Shown one piece after another: positions 25,249 through 34,728 of a DNA stretch of 36,072 nucleotides. The notes under the pieces were generated by a model. The model was given only the letters and a program-made list of their open reading frames with translations, made no database searches and was not told where the DNA came from. Position 1 is the first letter of the stretch. Each line of letters opens with the position of its first letter. The position numbers were made by a program, and so were the translations under genes. The stretch is taken from positions 1 through 36,072 of the IMG/VR virus record IMGVR_UViG_3300038673_000739, one strand, 5' to 3'. This DNA comes from a virus. Taxonomy: Duplodnaviria; Caudoviricetes.

Positions 25249-26523
25249 ATAATAGCCCCCTCAGTAATTTTACCATTTGACGGTCTAAACTCTGCCATCC
25301 CAGCAGGTTTTACTAGAGAAACTTTACTAGATGGAAAGTATCCTAAAGGTACTGCTGGTGGAGTTAATCCTAATACTACTGGCGGTAGTACTACTCACAG
25401 TCATACTTCTAGTAATAATCATACTCACACTCTAAATGATCATACTCACAGTTATACAACATCTACTTTTAATAGTAATGGTGATAGAACTAATGATAGT
25501 CCAGAAAATAACTGGCACTCTCACTACCATACTGGTACTTCTGGTGGACTAGCTACAACTTATACTTCTAGTGCTTCAAATCCAAGTTGGAGTTCTGCTA
25601 GTAATGAACCACCTTATTACACTGTAATTTTTATTAAATCATCTGGATATAATTTAATACCTAATAATGCTATGGTTTTTTCTGCTTCTACTTCAAGAAG
25701 TGGATTGTCATTTCATACTGCTAGTGCTAATAGATTTCTCAAAGGAGCTAGTGCAGGAGCTAATGCAGGTGGTACTGGTGGAAGTACAACTCATGCTCAT
25801 ACTTTTACTCACAATCACGGTAACATTAGCCATAATCACTCTACTGCTAATTGTAATATCGGTATAGGAAATCAATGTTCGAGTTCAGATCCAACACCAG
25901 ATCACGCTTCTTATTATCACGTTCATAGTGTTTCTTTTACTAGTGCTAATTCATCAACTGGTAATAATTCAACTAGTTATGATTTTACAAATATAGAACC
26001 AGCTTATAGGACGCTTAACGCTTTTAAAAATACTTCTGGGGCAAGCAAAATGCCAGCAGTAGGCGATATTGCTCTTTGGCTTGGTTCATTAAGTTCAATT
26101 CCTGTTGGTTGGAAACTTTGCGATGGTTCTGATGGCACTCCAGATATGAGGGGTAGATATTATAAAAATAATTCTTCTGCTTCTTCAAGCTCAACTGGTG
26201 GTAGCAATACTCATACTCATAGCCAAACTCATACTCATTCAACAAGTAATCATACACATTCTTTTGCTGTTGCAGTTAATAGTGATGGTGGATATCATGG
26301 AAGAGGTCCAAATCAAAATGATTATTGGACAAAAAATCATAGCCACAATTCTGGAACAACTGATAGTCAAGGAGCAGGAACTACTGGTTCTGGCACAATT
26401 ATTGCCAACTCTTCTTCAAACGAACCAGAATATAGAACGGTAGCTTTTATTCAATTTGAGTTTCCACCAGTTATCCCTAACCCAATATTAATGATGATGG
26501 TGGATTCGCCAGAAAACGTATAA
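25249..26523 (+). CDS. Fibre-tip protein with three tandem collar/HxH repeats
   Basis: Three TGGS(T/N)THxH...EPxYxT units; AAGGAGGT RBS before an in-frame ATA. Confidence 0.85.
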   Translation: MIAPSVILPFDGLNSAIPAGFTRETLLDGKYPKGTAGGVNPNTTGGSTTHSHTSSNNHTHTLNDHTHSYTTSTFNSNGDRTNDSPENNWHSHYHTGTSGGLATTYTSSASNPSWSSASNEPPYYTVIFIKSSGYNLIPNNAMVFSASTSRSGLSFHTASANRFLKGASAGANAGGTGGSTTHAHTFTHNHGNISHNHSTANCNIGIGNQCSSSDPTPDHASYYHVHSVSFTSANSSTGNNSTSYDFTNIEPAYRTLNAFKNTSGASKMPAVGDIALWLGSLSSIPVGWKLCDGSDGTPDMRGRYYKNNSSASSSSTGGSNTHTHSQTHTHSTSNHTHSFAVAVNSDGGYHGRGPNQNDYWTKNHSHNSGTTDSQGAGTTGSGTIIANSSSNEPEYRTVAFIQFEFPPVIPNPILMMMVDSPENV

Positions 26524-26528
26524 ACAAG

Positions 26529-26555
26529 ACAAATCAAATATTAGTAAATTATAAT
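26529..26555 (+). promoter_or_regulatory. Late-type promoter for internal virion proteins
   Basis: ACAAAT-N15-TATAAT. Confidence 0.75.
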
Positions 26556-26584
26556 TAAAGTATACAAATAAAAAAAGGAAAATT

Positions 26585-27766
26585 ATGTCATGGTTAGACG
26601 ATTTGGTAAATAAAGGAAAACAAACTAAGTTCTACCAAAATATTATTAGTGATTTTGCTCCAGTTGCTGCAGTTAGAACTGGACTTCAAAATTTTGGTTT
26701 TAATCAACAACAACAGGGTAATCCTAGTAATAATGTTGTTGGTGCTGTAAAAAGTATTGTTGCACCAAAAGCAGCGGCTTATGAAGGTAGTGATACTGCA
26801 AAAAGTCAAATTCCAGTTGATCCACTTCCAGCAAATATGAATAAAGGGTATGATCCTGGACCAGGATATTATTGGGATTCTGCACATGGTTGGGTACCAC
26901 TTAAAGAATCTAGTAATAGAAGTAGTGGTAGTGATAGTAGTAGTGGAGGTAGTAGTGGTGGCGATGGTGGTAGTGGTGGTGGAACTGGTGAAACAGAAGA
27001 AGAAGCAAGACAAAGATTTATTCAAGAACAAATGGATTTAGCCAGAGCTAAATGGGAGGGTGGAGTTAAAACTGCAAAAAGTAAAGCTGAAAATGCCAAA
27101 AAATACCGAGATGAAATGAAGGGTATCATTGGTAATAAACGAGGTGAGTTTGAAAAGATGTTCCAAGAGGCTTTAGGTCAAATTGGAGTTGGTGCTTCTC
27201 AACGAATTGGTGAAACTGGAAGAATGGCACAAGATATGGAAACTGCTGCTGGCAATAGAGCAAGAGCTCTTGGCTTAACTGGTACAACTGCTATGCAAAT
27301 GTTAAACAGACCAAATGACGCTCACGCTAGAGATGTCTTTAATATTTCTCAACAAAAAACCGCCAATGAGAATGAAAATCGTAGATTACTTGGAGAAAGA
27401 CAAGATTGGGCAACTGGAAAAGAATCTGATTTAGACCAATATTATCAAAATATTGCAGATGAAGCAGCCAACCTTGAAAATATGGCTTATCTCAATTATT
27501 GGAATGATTTATCTGGTCTTGGTAATCAAATTGACAGTTATCTTCAAAGTATGATTAATACTCAAAATCAAATGGCTTTGATGAATCCTCAATTAACTGG
27601 TTATCAAGCTTCTGCCCTAACTCCTAGTTTCCAGAATACAATGGCGTCTTTACAAGGTTTATCTAACGGATTAAACACTAAACAAATGCCACAAGAAACT
27701 GATGAAGCAACTAGTTTAGTTGCAGAAAATCCGTATCTTAAATTATTAAGAAATGCAAGAGCGTAG
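26585..27766 (+). CDS. Putative internal virion/DNA ejection protein
   Basis: Q/N/A-rich coiled coil, ARALG segment, S/G linker; position after the tail genes. Confidence 0.6.
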   Translation: MSWLDDLVNKGKQTKFYQNIISDFAPVAAVRTGLQNFGFNQQQQGNPSNNVVGAVKSIVAPKAAAYEGSDTAKSQIPVDPLPANMNKGYDPGPGYYWDSAHGWVPLKESSNRSSGSDSSSGGSSGGDGGSGGGTGETEEEARQRFIQEQMDLARAKWEGGVKTAKSKAENAKKYRDEMKGIIGNKRGEFEKMFQEALGQIGVGASQRIGETGRMAQDMETAAGNRARALGLTGTTAMQMLNRPNDAHARDVFNISQQKTANENENRRLLGERQDWATGKESDLDQYYQNIADEAANLENMAYLNYWNDLSGLGNQIDSYLQSMINTQNQMALMNPQLTGYQASALTPSFQNTMASLQGLSNGLNTKQMPQETDEATSLVAENPYLKLLRNARA

Positions 27767-27798
27767 CCTATGAAGCCACATAGGCTAGATAGGCTATA

Positions 27799-30594
27799 AT
27801 GAACTTTTTTGATAAAATAAAAGACATTTTCAAACCTAGAGAACAACAAAGTGCTGTTTCTAGGGCTATTTCTTCCGCTGCTAATAATTTTAGATCTGTT
27901 GGTAATTATGTTAATCAACAATTTCAACAAGCTCAACAACAGGCTATGCAACAGCAAGCTGAAAAACAAGCTCTTGCTCAACAACGAGCTCAACAAATTC
28001 AACAGCAACAAGCTCAAAGACAAGCCCAAAGACAACAGTTTTTTCAACAACAAGCAAATCAGTTAAAACAAAAAGCTCAAGAATTTCAATTTAATCGTCA
28101 ACAAGAACAACTTGCCAAAGGTATTCTTGCTCAAGAAGGATTAGAAAAAAGAAAAGAACAGGTTGGTAACTTATTAAATAAAGCTAATAATTTCTTTGCT
28201 CCAGTTCCAGACAAGGTTAGACCAAGAGATGTAATAAGAGAAGGTGCTCAAATTGTTAGAGATGTTCCAAGGGGTATTTATAATCAATGGCAAGACACAG
28301 AAAATATTATTTATCCAAATAGACCACAAGAACAAAGATATACAAAAACTCCAATATTCACACCACAAACTACTGGAGAAAAAGTTGGTTCTTTTTTGTA
28401 TAAAATTCCTTATGGAGTAACAACTGGTCAAAATACTGGTATTAATCAAACCATTAATCAGGGTCTTCAAACTTTTAGTCAAATTCCACAAGTTAAGATA
28501 CTAGGTAAAGATATTCCAATTAATGCCAATATAGAAGCTGCAAAAGATTGGATTGGTAATAATCTTCAAAAATTAAAAGAATTAGAAATAGATTCTGAAA
28601 AATTAAGACAAGCCTATGATACGCTTGGTATTAAACAAGGCACAGATCCAAGAGATGCCTATAGAGAACTTGCTAAAGTAACACATCCAGATAGGGGTGG
28701 TAATGCAGAAGCTTTTAAGGTAATTAATGAAGCTTATAAAAAGATACAAGATGCTGGAAATCTAGAAAAGATTTTGTCAAGAATTGGAGTTGGTCCAAAG
28801 GGTAAAGTAGATCAACCAATTGTAAATATTTTAAATACTCAAGCTCCTGTTTCAACTCAAGCCAATGTTCCAGTAAATACTAGTGAAACTGCTATTGTGC
28901 CATTTAGTAAAACTAATGCTTTAGATAAAATTTTAAATTCAATTTCTAAAGAAATACCAGTTGTTTCACAAACAGCCGAAAATATTACTAAAAATGTGCC
29001 AAAAGTAGTTGATAAAGTAGTTGAGCAAAAAACAGTTAGTCCTTTAGAGCAAATATTACAAAATCGTGCTAAAGAACTTGGTGTAACTCCAAGTTTACAA
29101 CCAAAACCAATAGAAGACAAATTTGAAATTCCACCAAATTTTAAAGAGCAAAATTTGCAAAAATCAGTTGAAAGTGCAAAAGCAATTATTAATCCCAGAG
29201 CAGTTGATAGATTGCTTGTTGAAGGTTTTCATCCAGGAACAATTAAGAATGTTTTACAAAAAGCAGTAAATCCTGAAATGATACTGGCTAATGAAAACTA
29301 TGCGTATAATTATTTTAAAAAGGTAGCCAGAGATCAAAAAATTAAACCAGACAGCGATGTTTCTAATTATTTAAAACCAGAACTTAAAGAACCAGAACTT
29401 CCAGAAGATTATTTGGATGTTCTTGCTGGACAGAAACAATCTCAACCTAAGACTCAAGTAGATTATCCCTTGAAAACAAATGCAACTCCAGAACAACTCA
29501 AATCTGGTATGTATTATCCAGACATTAAATCAAAAGAGATGGGCGTTCTACAAGCAGATATTAATGAAAAAATTAATTTAAATAATCCAGAATTTGTAGA
29601 TAAAGAAATTCAACAAAACCAAAAATTGCAACAAGAAGCATTACAAAATAAATTAGAAACTCCGATAGAAGAAAGAATTATTAAATTAAAAGATGTTGCT
29701 ATTAATTCTAAAACTGATGATGAAATTCAATATTCTGTAAAAGAAGTTTTAGATCTTCCAATGGCAATTGAAAAAGAAGTATTAAAAACCTATAAAACAT
29801 TTGAAGATGCAGTTAATGATTTAGAGTCAAAGAAGGCTCCAAAGAATAAGGCAACTGAATTAATTAAGTCTTATTATGATAATGTTAAAGAAATTGCCGA
29901 GCAACAAGGTATAGAAATACCAACTAGAAAAAACTTTTGGACTCACCTTAGAGAAGAGACTGCTCGAGAAATAGTTAGAGGAGGTCTAGAGAAAGTCAAA
30001 TCAGACACATTTGGAAGTATCTTATCAAAACCATATTTTGCTGAAAAACAAACTGGTAAATTAAAAGATTACACTAAAACCCCACTGGCTATGCAAGCTT
30101 ATGGCATAGAAGCTCTTAAAAATATAAAATTAAGTGAAGAAGAAAAAATAACAATTAAAAATGCTGCAGATATTAAATCTGAATATAAGAAAAAAATAGA
30201 TGAAGAGTTAAGTGTTTTTAGTAAAATTGGTCAAGATATTTCTTCAACTATTAAAAAAGGATTTACACAAAAACAAGATGTAGTTACAAAAAATCAGATT
30301 GAATATCAAATTAGAATGAAGAAATTTTATCCAGACAAAAGGATTAAAAGAATTGTTTATTCAATGCCTGATAAAAGTAAGTTTGGAGATATAGCTGATG
30401 TTGCTTTTAGATCTGTTTCTGATAGAGCAGAACTTGCTGGAGATAAATTTTATAATGCTTTCTTTAAACCATTTAGATATGTAGAATTAGATACAAATAT
30501 TTTTTTAACTAAATTAAAAGAAATGTCGCCTGATGACTTATTAAAATTATATACTTCAACTTTTAAAAATAATCCAAAAGATTTAACCAAATAA
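27799..30594 (+). CDS. Large internal virion/ejection protein, N-terminal part, containing a J-domain
   Basis: Q-rich N-terminus; YDTLGI...AYRELAKVTHPDRGG...FKVINEAY at 28612-28746; reading continues in the -1 frame. Confidence 0.7.
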   Translation: MNFFDKIKDIFKPREQQSAVSRAISSAANNFRSVGNYVNQQFQQAQQQAMQQQAEKQALAQQRAQQIQQQQAQRQAQRQQFFQQQANQLKQKAQEFQFNRQQEQLAKGILAQEGLEKRKEQVGNLLNKANNFFAPVPDKVRPRDVIREGAQIVRDVPRGIYNQWQDTENIIYPNRPQEQRYTKTPIFTPQTTGEKVGSFLYKIPYGVTTGQNTGINQTINQGLQTFSQIPQVKILGKDIPINANIEAAKDWIGNNLQKLKELEIDSEKLRQAYDTLGIKQGTDPRDAYRELAKVTHPDRGGNAEAFKVINEAYKKIQDAGNLEKILSRIGVGPKGKVDQPIVNILNTQAPVSTQANVPVNTSETAIVPFSKTNALDKILNSISKEIPVVSQTAENITKNVPKVVDKVVEQKTVSPLEQILQNRAKELGVTPSLQPKPIEDKFEIPPNFKEQNLQKSVESAKAIINPRAVDRLLVEGFHPGTIKNVLQKAVNPEMILANENYAYNYFKKVARDQKIKPDSDVSNYLKPELKEPELPEDYLDVLAGQKQSQPKTQVDYPLKTNATPEQLKSGMYYPDIKSKEMGVLQADINEKINLNNPEFVDKEIQQNQKLQQEALQNKLETPIEERIIKLKDVAINSKTDDEIQYSVKEVLDLPMAIEKEVLKTYKTFEDAVNDLESKKAPKNKATELIKSYYDNVKEIAEQQGIEIPTRKNFWTHLREETAREIVRGGLEKVKSDTFGSILSKPYFAEKQTGKLKDYTKTPLAMQAYGIEALKNIKLSEEEKITIKNAADIKSEYKKKIDEELSVFSKIGQDISSTIKKGFTQKQDVVTKNQIEYQIRMKKFYPDKRIKRIVYSMPDKSKFGDIADVAFRSVSDRAELAGDKFYNAFFKPFRYVELDTNIFLTKLKEMSPDDLLKLYTSTFKNNPKDLTK

Positions 30595-32759
30595 CTGCTA
30601 AATTAACAAGCAATTTCTATAGTGAACAATTAAAGGATGCAATTAATGTTTTTCATGATAATTCTGCTATTGCATATTTTAAACAACCATATTTAAAAGA
30701 TCTTGCCAATGATATTTTTGATGAATATGTTGGTGATAATTTAAGAGCAGAAGCTTATAGCGAAAAAGTTTTAGCAATTATTAGAAAAAATCAGGGTAGA
30801 TCTCTGATTTTCTTTAATATTTCTTCGGCTGTACAAAATCTTTTTGAACCAACAAGAGTATTTTCTTTAGTTAAAACTAAAAACGCTACTAAGGCGTTAA
30901 GAAGAGTTATTTCTGGAGAAGATTTTGTTAAAAAATGGGGTATAGAACAAACTTTTTCTACTGTTCTTGAAAGAAAAGATGTAGCTAAAGCTTTGGGTAA
31001 AATTGACAAAATTGGTTATGCTATGTTTTCTGCATCAGAAAAACTTAAAGACCAGATATTTGTTGCTTCTTTTGAGGAACAAGGTTTGGATAAAGGTTTA
31101 ACTGGAGAAGAATTGAGGGATTTTATAGTTAAAAAATTTGATAGATATGCTATTAAATATGGTAAAGGACAAACTACTGGAGTCTTTAAAAATCCAGTTA
31201 TTAAAACAGCTCTTCAATTTGAACAATACGGTCAAAAAGAATTAGTTAATCTTATTGATCAAATCAGAGAAGCAATCAAGGGAGATAAAGGATCACAACA
31301 CTTTTTACAAAAATACTTTTTATATTCTGCAGCTAGAATGGGTATATTAAAAGCTGCCATAGGTGCTGTAGGATTTGGTGGTAGTACTGGTACACCACTT
31401 GATATGATCTCTGATGTAATAAATGGAGATGTTGGTTGGTCTCCAGCAGTTCAAGCAACGGTTTTAGCATTCCAAAAAGCTACTTCTGAATTAAACGATG
31501 AAGAAGATGCCTATAAAAAAGCAGAAATAGATAGAAATCTTAGTAAAGCACTAATTAGTACTTCTGGTATACCAGGAGTTAATCAACTTTATTACAAATC
31601 ATATAAAGGACTTGAGGATATTTTAAGTGGAGAACATCAAACCACCCAAACTGTTGATGAAGCTGGAAATATTAGAGGTGGTAATGTTGCTAATCCAACT
31701 AGTCAAGATCTATTTAGTATTGCTAAAATTTTCGCTTTTGGACCAAGTTATGACCCACAAAGACAAGATTATATTAAAAGATATTTAGAATCAGAAAAAA
31801 CAGGTAATATTGGTGAAGCCAGCCTTAATAAGGTTGAATCAGAGATTTATAGACAACAACCAACTCAAAAAGCAAAAGAGGATTACTATTACAATACAAT
31901 TGCTGAAAAAAAACAGGCAAATGTTAATAAAGATCAGTTAGAAAATATTAAGAATGGTAAAAGTGATACAAAAGAAGGAAATCTTATCCAAAGATTGTTT
32001 GGTAAAGATAAAGAAGAAGAAATTAAAATTACTACTCCTGCTAAAAACAAAGAAGAACAGGATTTTCAAAAAGATGTTTTTTTTACAAAATTAGATCAAG
32101 GATTAATACCAACTACAGAAGAAATTAAATATGGTCATTTTGAAAACAAATCAGCAACTGATGACGATATTGAAAATAGAATTACTACATTCAATAAATT
32201 AGCACAAATATATAATGATGAGAATTATAGCGATGAACAGAAAAAAGCCGTTTTTGAGGCATCTGGTGCGACCAAAGAGGAACTTGATTACTTCTTAATG
32301 GCTGATAAAAATGTTCTACCAAGAATTCAAGAATTGTTACCGATCATTCCTGCTGATCCCAAAGAAAGATTAGAGTTTTTAGCTAATGGAAGAAAAACTG
32401 TTGGTGGAAAAGATGTTATTTCAAGTCAAGTAATTACTTATCTAGAAGATCGTGGCTATATTTCAGAAGATGAAGCAAAGTTTCTACGAAACACTAAATA
32501 TGATGAGCTAAATCAAGAATTTTATTGGACTGGTGATTTTGGTCCAGGTGGAGGAGATTCAAAGAAAATTAGTGCCGCACAAGCTAAACAAATGTATCCT
32601 GGTGTAGACGCTTCGGTATTTGAAAAATTAAAAGACAATTCTTTTGCATCTCTTTTGAAATCTTCTACTAGTAAAAGTAAAGTACCAACAATAGAAGAAA
32701 TCTTGGCAAATAGACCAAAACCACAACAAAAAGAAGGATTATGGTTTGATGTTAGATAA
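30573..32759 (+). CDS. Large internal virion/ejection protein, C-terminal part (frameshifted continuation)
   Basis: Frame is open from 30573, 420 nt upstream of the listed TTG; FNISSAVQNL, ALQFEQY and FGP segments. Confidence 0.7.
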   Translation, partial: SKRFNQITAKLTSNFYSEQLKDAINVFHDNSAIAYFKQPYLKDLANDIFDEYVGDNLRAEAYSEKVLAIIRKNQGRSLIFFNISSAVQNLFEPTRVFSLVKTKNATKALRRVISGEDFVKKWGIEQTFSTVLERKDVAKALGKIDKIGYAMFSASEKLKDQIFVASFEEQGLDKGLTGEELRDFIVKKFDRYAIKYGKGQTTGVFKNPVIKTALQFEQYGQKELVNLIDQIREAIKGDKGSQHFLQKYFLYSAARMGILKAAIGAVGFGGSTGTPLDMISDVINGDVGWSPAVQATVLAFQKATSELNDEEDAYKKAEIDRNLSKALISTSGIPGVNQLYYKSYKGLEDILSGEHQTTQTVDEAGNIRGGNVANPTSQDLFSIAKIFAFGPSYDPQRQDYIKRYLESEKTGNIGEASLNKVESEIYRQQPTQKAKEDYYYNTIAEKKQANVNKDQLENIKNGKSDTKEGNLIQRLFGKDKEEEIKITTPAKNKEEQDFQKDVFFTKLDQGLIPTTEEIKYGHFENKSATDDDIENRITTFNKLAQIYNDENYSDEQKKAVFEASGATKEELDYFLMADKNVLPRIQELLPIIPADPKERLEFLANGRKTVGGKDVISSQVITYLEDRGYISEDEAKFLRNTKYDELNQEFYWTGDFGPGGGDSKKISAAQAKQMYPGVDASVFEKLKDNSFASLLKSSTSKSKVPTIEEILANRPKPQQKEGLWFDVR

Positions 32760-32785
32760 CAAACAGATTGCTTTGAAAGTATAAT
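32759..32785 (+). promoter_or_regulatory. Late-type promoter for the lysis region
   Basis: ACAAAC-N15-TATAAT-N6-ATG. Confidence 0.75.
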
Positions 32786-32791
32786 AAAAAT

Positions 32792-33007
32792 ATGGCAACA
32801 AGAAACATTGATATTGAATTGCTTAAAAAAGATTTGGCTAGTATTTGCAAGGGAATTAATAATATTGAAAAAGAGTTAATTGAGATTAAGGGTGAGAAAG
32901 TTTCAAAGGATGAATTTGCTCCAGTAAAAAACCTTGTCTATGGCTTTACTAGTCTAATTTTAGTCGCAGTAGCCACAGCTTTAATTGCATTAGTAGTGAG
33001 GAAATAA
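32792..33007 (+). CDS. Small coiled-coil membrane protein (lysis module)
   Basis: Coiled coil plus C-terminal transmembrane helix. Confidence 0.7.
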   Translation: MATRNIDIELLKKDLASICKGINNIEKELIEIKGEKVSKDEFAPVKNLVYGFTSLILVAVATALIALVVRK

Positions 33008-33008
33008 T

Positions 33009-33449
33009 ATGAAATCAACAACATCTAAATTTTTGAAATATCTCTCTTATTTTTCACTTGTTATTACTGCTATTTTGCTATTTACAGTTATTTATTGGTT
33101 GGTTAAACCTTATGACACTATTAAATTTACTAAAGAAGAATTTAGAGTGCAAACACCAGTTGTTAAACAGGGAAACTACTTGTCTTATATTATTGATTAT
33201 TGTAAAGATAATAAGTTTGTTCCAATTGTGACAACTAGTTATGTAGATGGAATTATTTATCAAACTCCAGATACTCCCCAACCTTTTTATACTAATGGTT
33301 GCCAATCAAAAAACTTTTTAGTTTATATTCCAAAGGCTTTACCACCAGGTAAATACTACCTAGACCATGTATTTACTTTTAGGGTTAATCCAATTAGAAA
33401 TATTAGGGTAGAAGCTAGGACTGAAATGTTTGAGGTAATTGAACAATAA
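33009..33449 (+). CDS. Membrane-anchored beta-sandwich protein
   Basis: N-terminal transmembrane helix, DYCK...GC...IPKALPPGKY. Confidence 0.7.
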   Translation: MKSTTSKFLKYLSYFSLVITAILLFTVIYWLVKPYDTIKFTKEEFRVQTPVVKQGNYLSYIIDYCKDNKFVPIVTTSYVDGIIYQTPDTPQPFYTNGCQSKNFLVYIPKALPPGKYYLDHVFTFRVNPIRNIRVEARTEMFEVIEQ

Positions 33450-33465
33450 TATTAAACTAGTTAAT

Positions 33466-34335
33466 ATGCCAACACTAACAAAAATTTCTCAACGAGATGA
33501 AAGATGGGCTAATATAAAACTTGGAACAAGCAATCTAACTATTGGTCAAGCAGGTTGCACAATTACTTGTATAGCTATGCTTGCTGATTTAACGCCTGAT
33601 GATGTTAATAATCGGTTAAAAGTTACAAATGGCTATGCTAATACTAATTTAGTTGTCTGGTCAAAAATTAAAGAAGCAATTTCTTGGTTAGAATTTGAGT
33701 GGCGAGGTTATTCGTATGAAAATACAAAAGTAGCAAGTGCAATTTCAAAAAATGGTAGTTGTTTAGTTGAGGTAGATGGAACACCAATTGGTGGTTCTAA
33801 ACATTGGGTGCTTTATGTTGGCAATCAAAAACTAATTGATCCCTGGGATGGTAAAGAAAAATCAACTTCAAGCTATCAAGCAATAGGATATGCAATTATA
33901 AATAAAATTGGCAATAAGCCAGAAGGAAATACTATGTCTGAATATGAAGAAGCAATCAGAAAATCTAGTGCCTATGATGAGGTTTGTAAGTTATTAGATC
34001 AACCAACTACCACTTCTGCCAAAGACACTCTTGATAAACTCTCTAAAATTATTAGCGACAAGGAACGCTACAAACAAGAGAGAGATAACGCCCTAGATGA
34101 GAATAATACTTATGCCAGAGAAATTGAATTACTCACCAAAGAAAAACAAGAACAGGCAGTCCAAATCAAAGATCTTCAAGAAAGCATTACAAGTCTTAAT
34201 AACGAGTTGGAAGACTGTCAAAACCAAGTACCAGAAGAAGAGGACTTGGAGAAGGATTATGAAGCCACTGGACGAAAAATTATAAGAAAAATAGGTGACG
34301 TTACAGTTGAGACGTCATATAAAAAGAAAGGTTAA
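33466..34335 (+). CDS. Peptidase C39-like putative endolysin with coiled-coil tail
   Basis: SQRDERW, GC (catalytic Cys), HWVL, IDPW; start at MPTLTK. Confidence 0.8.
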   Translation: MPTLTKISQRDERWANIKLGTSNLTIGQAGCTITCIAMLADLTPDDVNNRLKVTNGYANTNLVVWSKIKEAISWLEFEWRGYSYENTKVASAISKNGSCLVEVDGTPIGGSKHWVLYVGNQKLIDPWDGKEKSTSSYQAIGYAIINKIGNKPEGNTMSEYEEAIRKSSAYDEVCKLLDQPTTTSAKDTLDKLSKIISDKERYKQERDNALDENNTYAREIELLTKEKQEQAVQIKDLQESITSLNNELEDCQNQVPEEEDLEKDYEATGRKIIRKIGDVTVETSYKKKG

Positions 34336-34337
34336 AT

Positions 34338-34574
34338 ATGGATTTAGAACAATATGTTCTTGCAGGTTTTGTCCTCATTGGACTAGTTAATGGAATTCAG
34401 TTTTTAATGGATAAAAATTGGAGTTCTTTTATTAAGTTTATGATTGCTGTTTTATGTGGTGGTTTATTTGGTTATCTTGGCTGGTTTGGTTTGCCAAGTT
34501 TAGAAATTGGTATTGCGGTTGGTATTAGTTCAAGTGGCGTCTATAAAGTTAGTCAAAAAATGGGTGGCTTATGA
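34338..34574 (+). CDS. Putative holin
   Basis: 78 aa, 2-3 transmembrane helices, GI..GISSSGVY; follows the endolysin. Confidence 0.75.
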   Translation: MDLEQYVLAGFVLIGLVNGIQFLMDKNWSSFIKFMIAVLCGGLFGYLGWFGLPSLEIGIAVGISSSGVYKVSQKMGGL

Positions 34575-34714
34575 TTTGGCTATTACTATCTGGCTTTATT
34601 TTTGTATTACTTTTGGATAGTTATAGTGACGGTGATTTAGACTGGTTAATTAACTGGGTTAAAAAGTTATTAAAAAAACTGCGTTCGGGCTGGTTAAAAA
34701 AGCAAGACAAATAG
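34571..34714 (+). CDS. 47-aa membrane peptide (not in ORF track)
   Basis: MIWLLLSGFIFVLLLD...WVKKLLKKL; ATGA overlap with the holin. Confidence 0.5.
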   Translation: MIWLLLSGFIFVLLLDSYSDGDLDWLINWVKKLLKKLRSGWLKKQDK

Positions 34715-34728
34715 ATTAAAATTGGCGA

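Noticed and set aside
22910-26523. Diversity-generating retroelement or invertase shufflon acting on fibres
   Set aside because: No reverse transcriptase or recombinase in the window; paralogue differences are not adenine-specific and lie at the N-terminus; no inverted cassettes
26594-29120. Antisense ORFs such as 26594-27031, 27604-28053, 28174-28491 and 28857-29120
   Set aside because: They are shadows of low-complexity S/G- and Q-rich plus-strand coding sequence and show no recognisable motifs; the same applies to the other short opposite-strand ORFs in the track
30592-30606. Stop-codon readthrough or alternative genetic code
   Set aside because: The stop is TAA, another in-frame TAA follows at 30604, and the continuation is in a different frame. 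TGA and TAG terminate genes normally elsewhere, with ATGA overlaps
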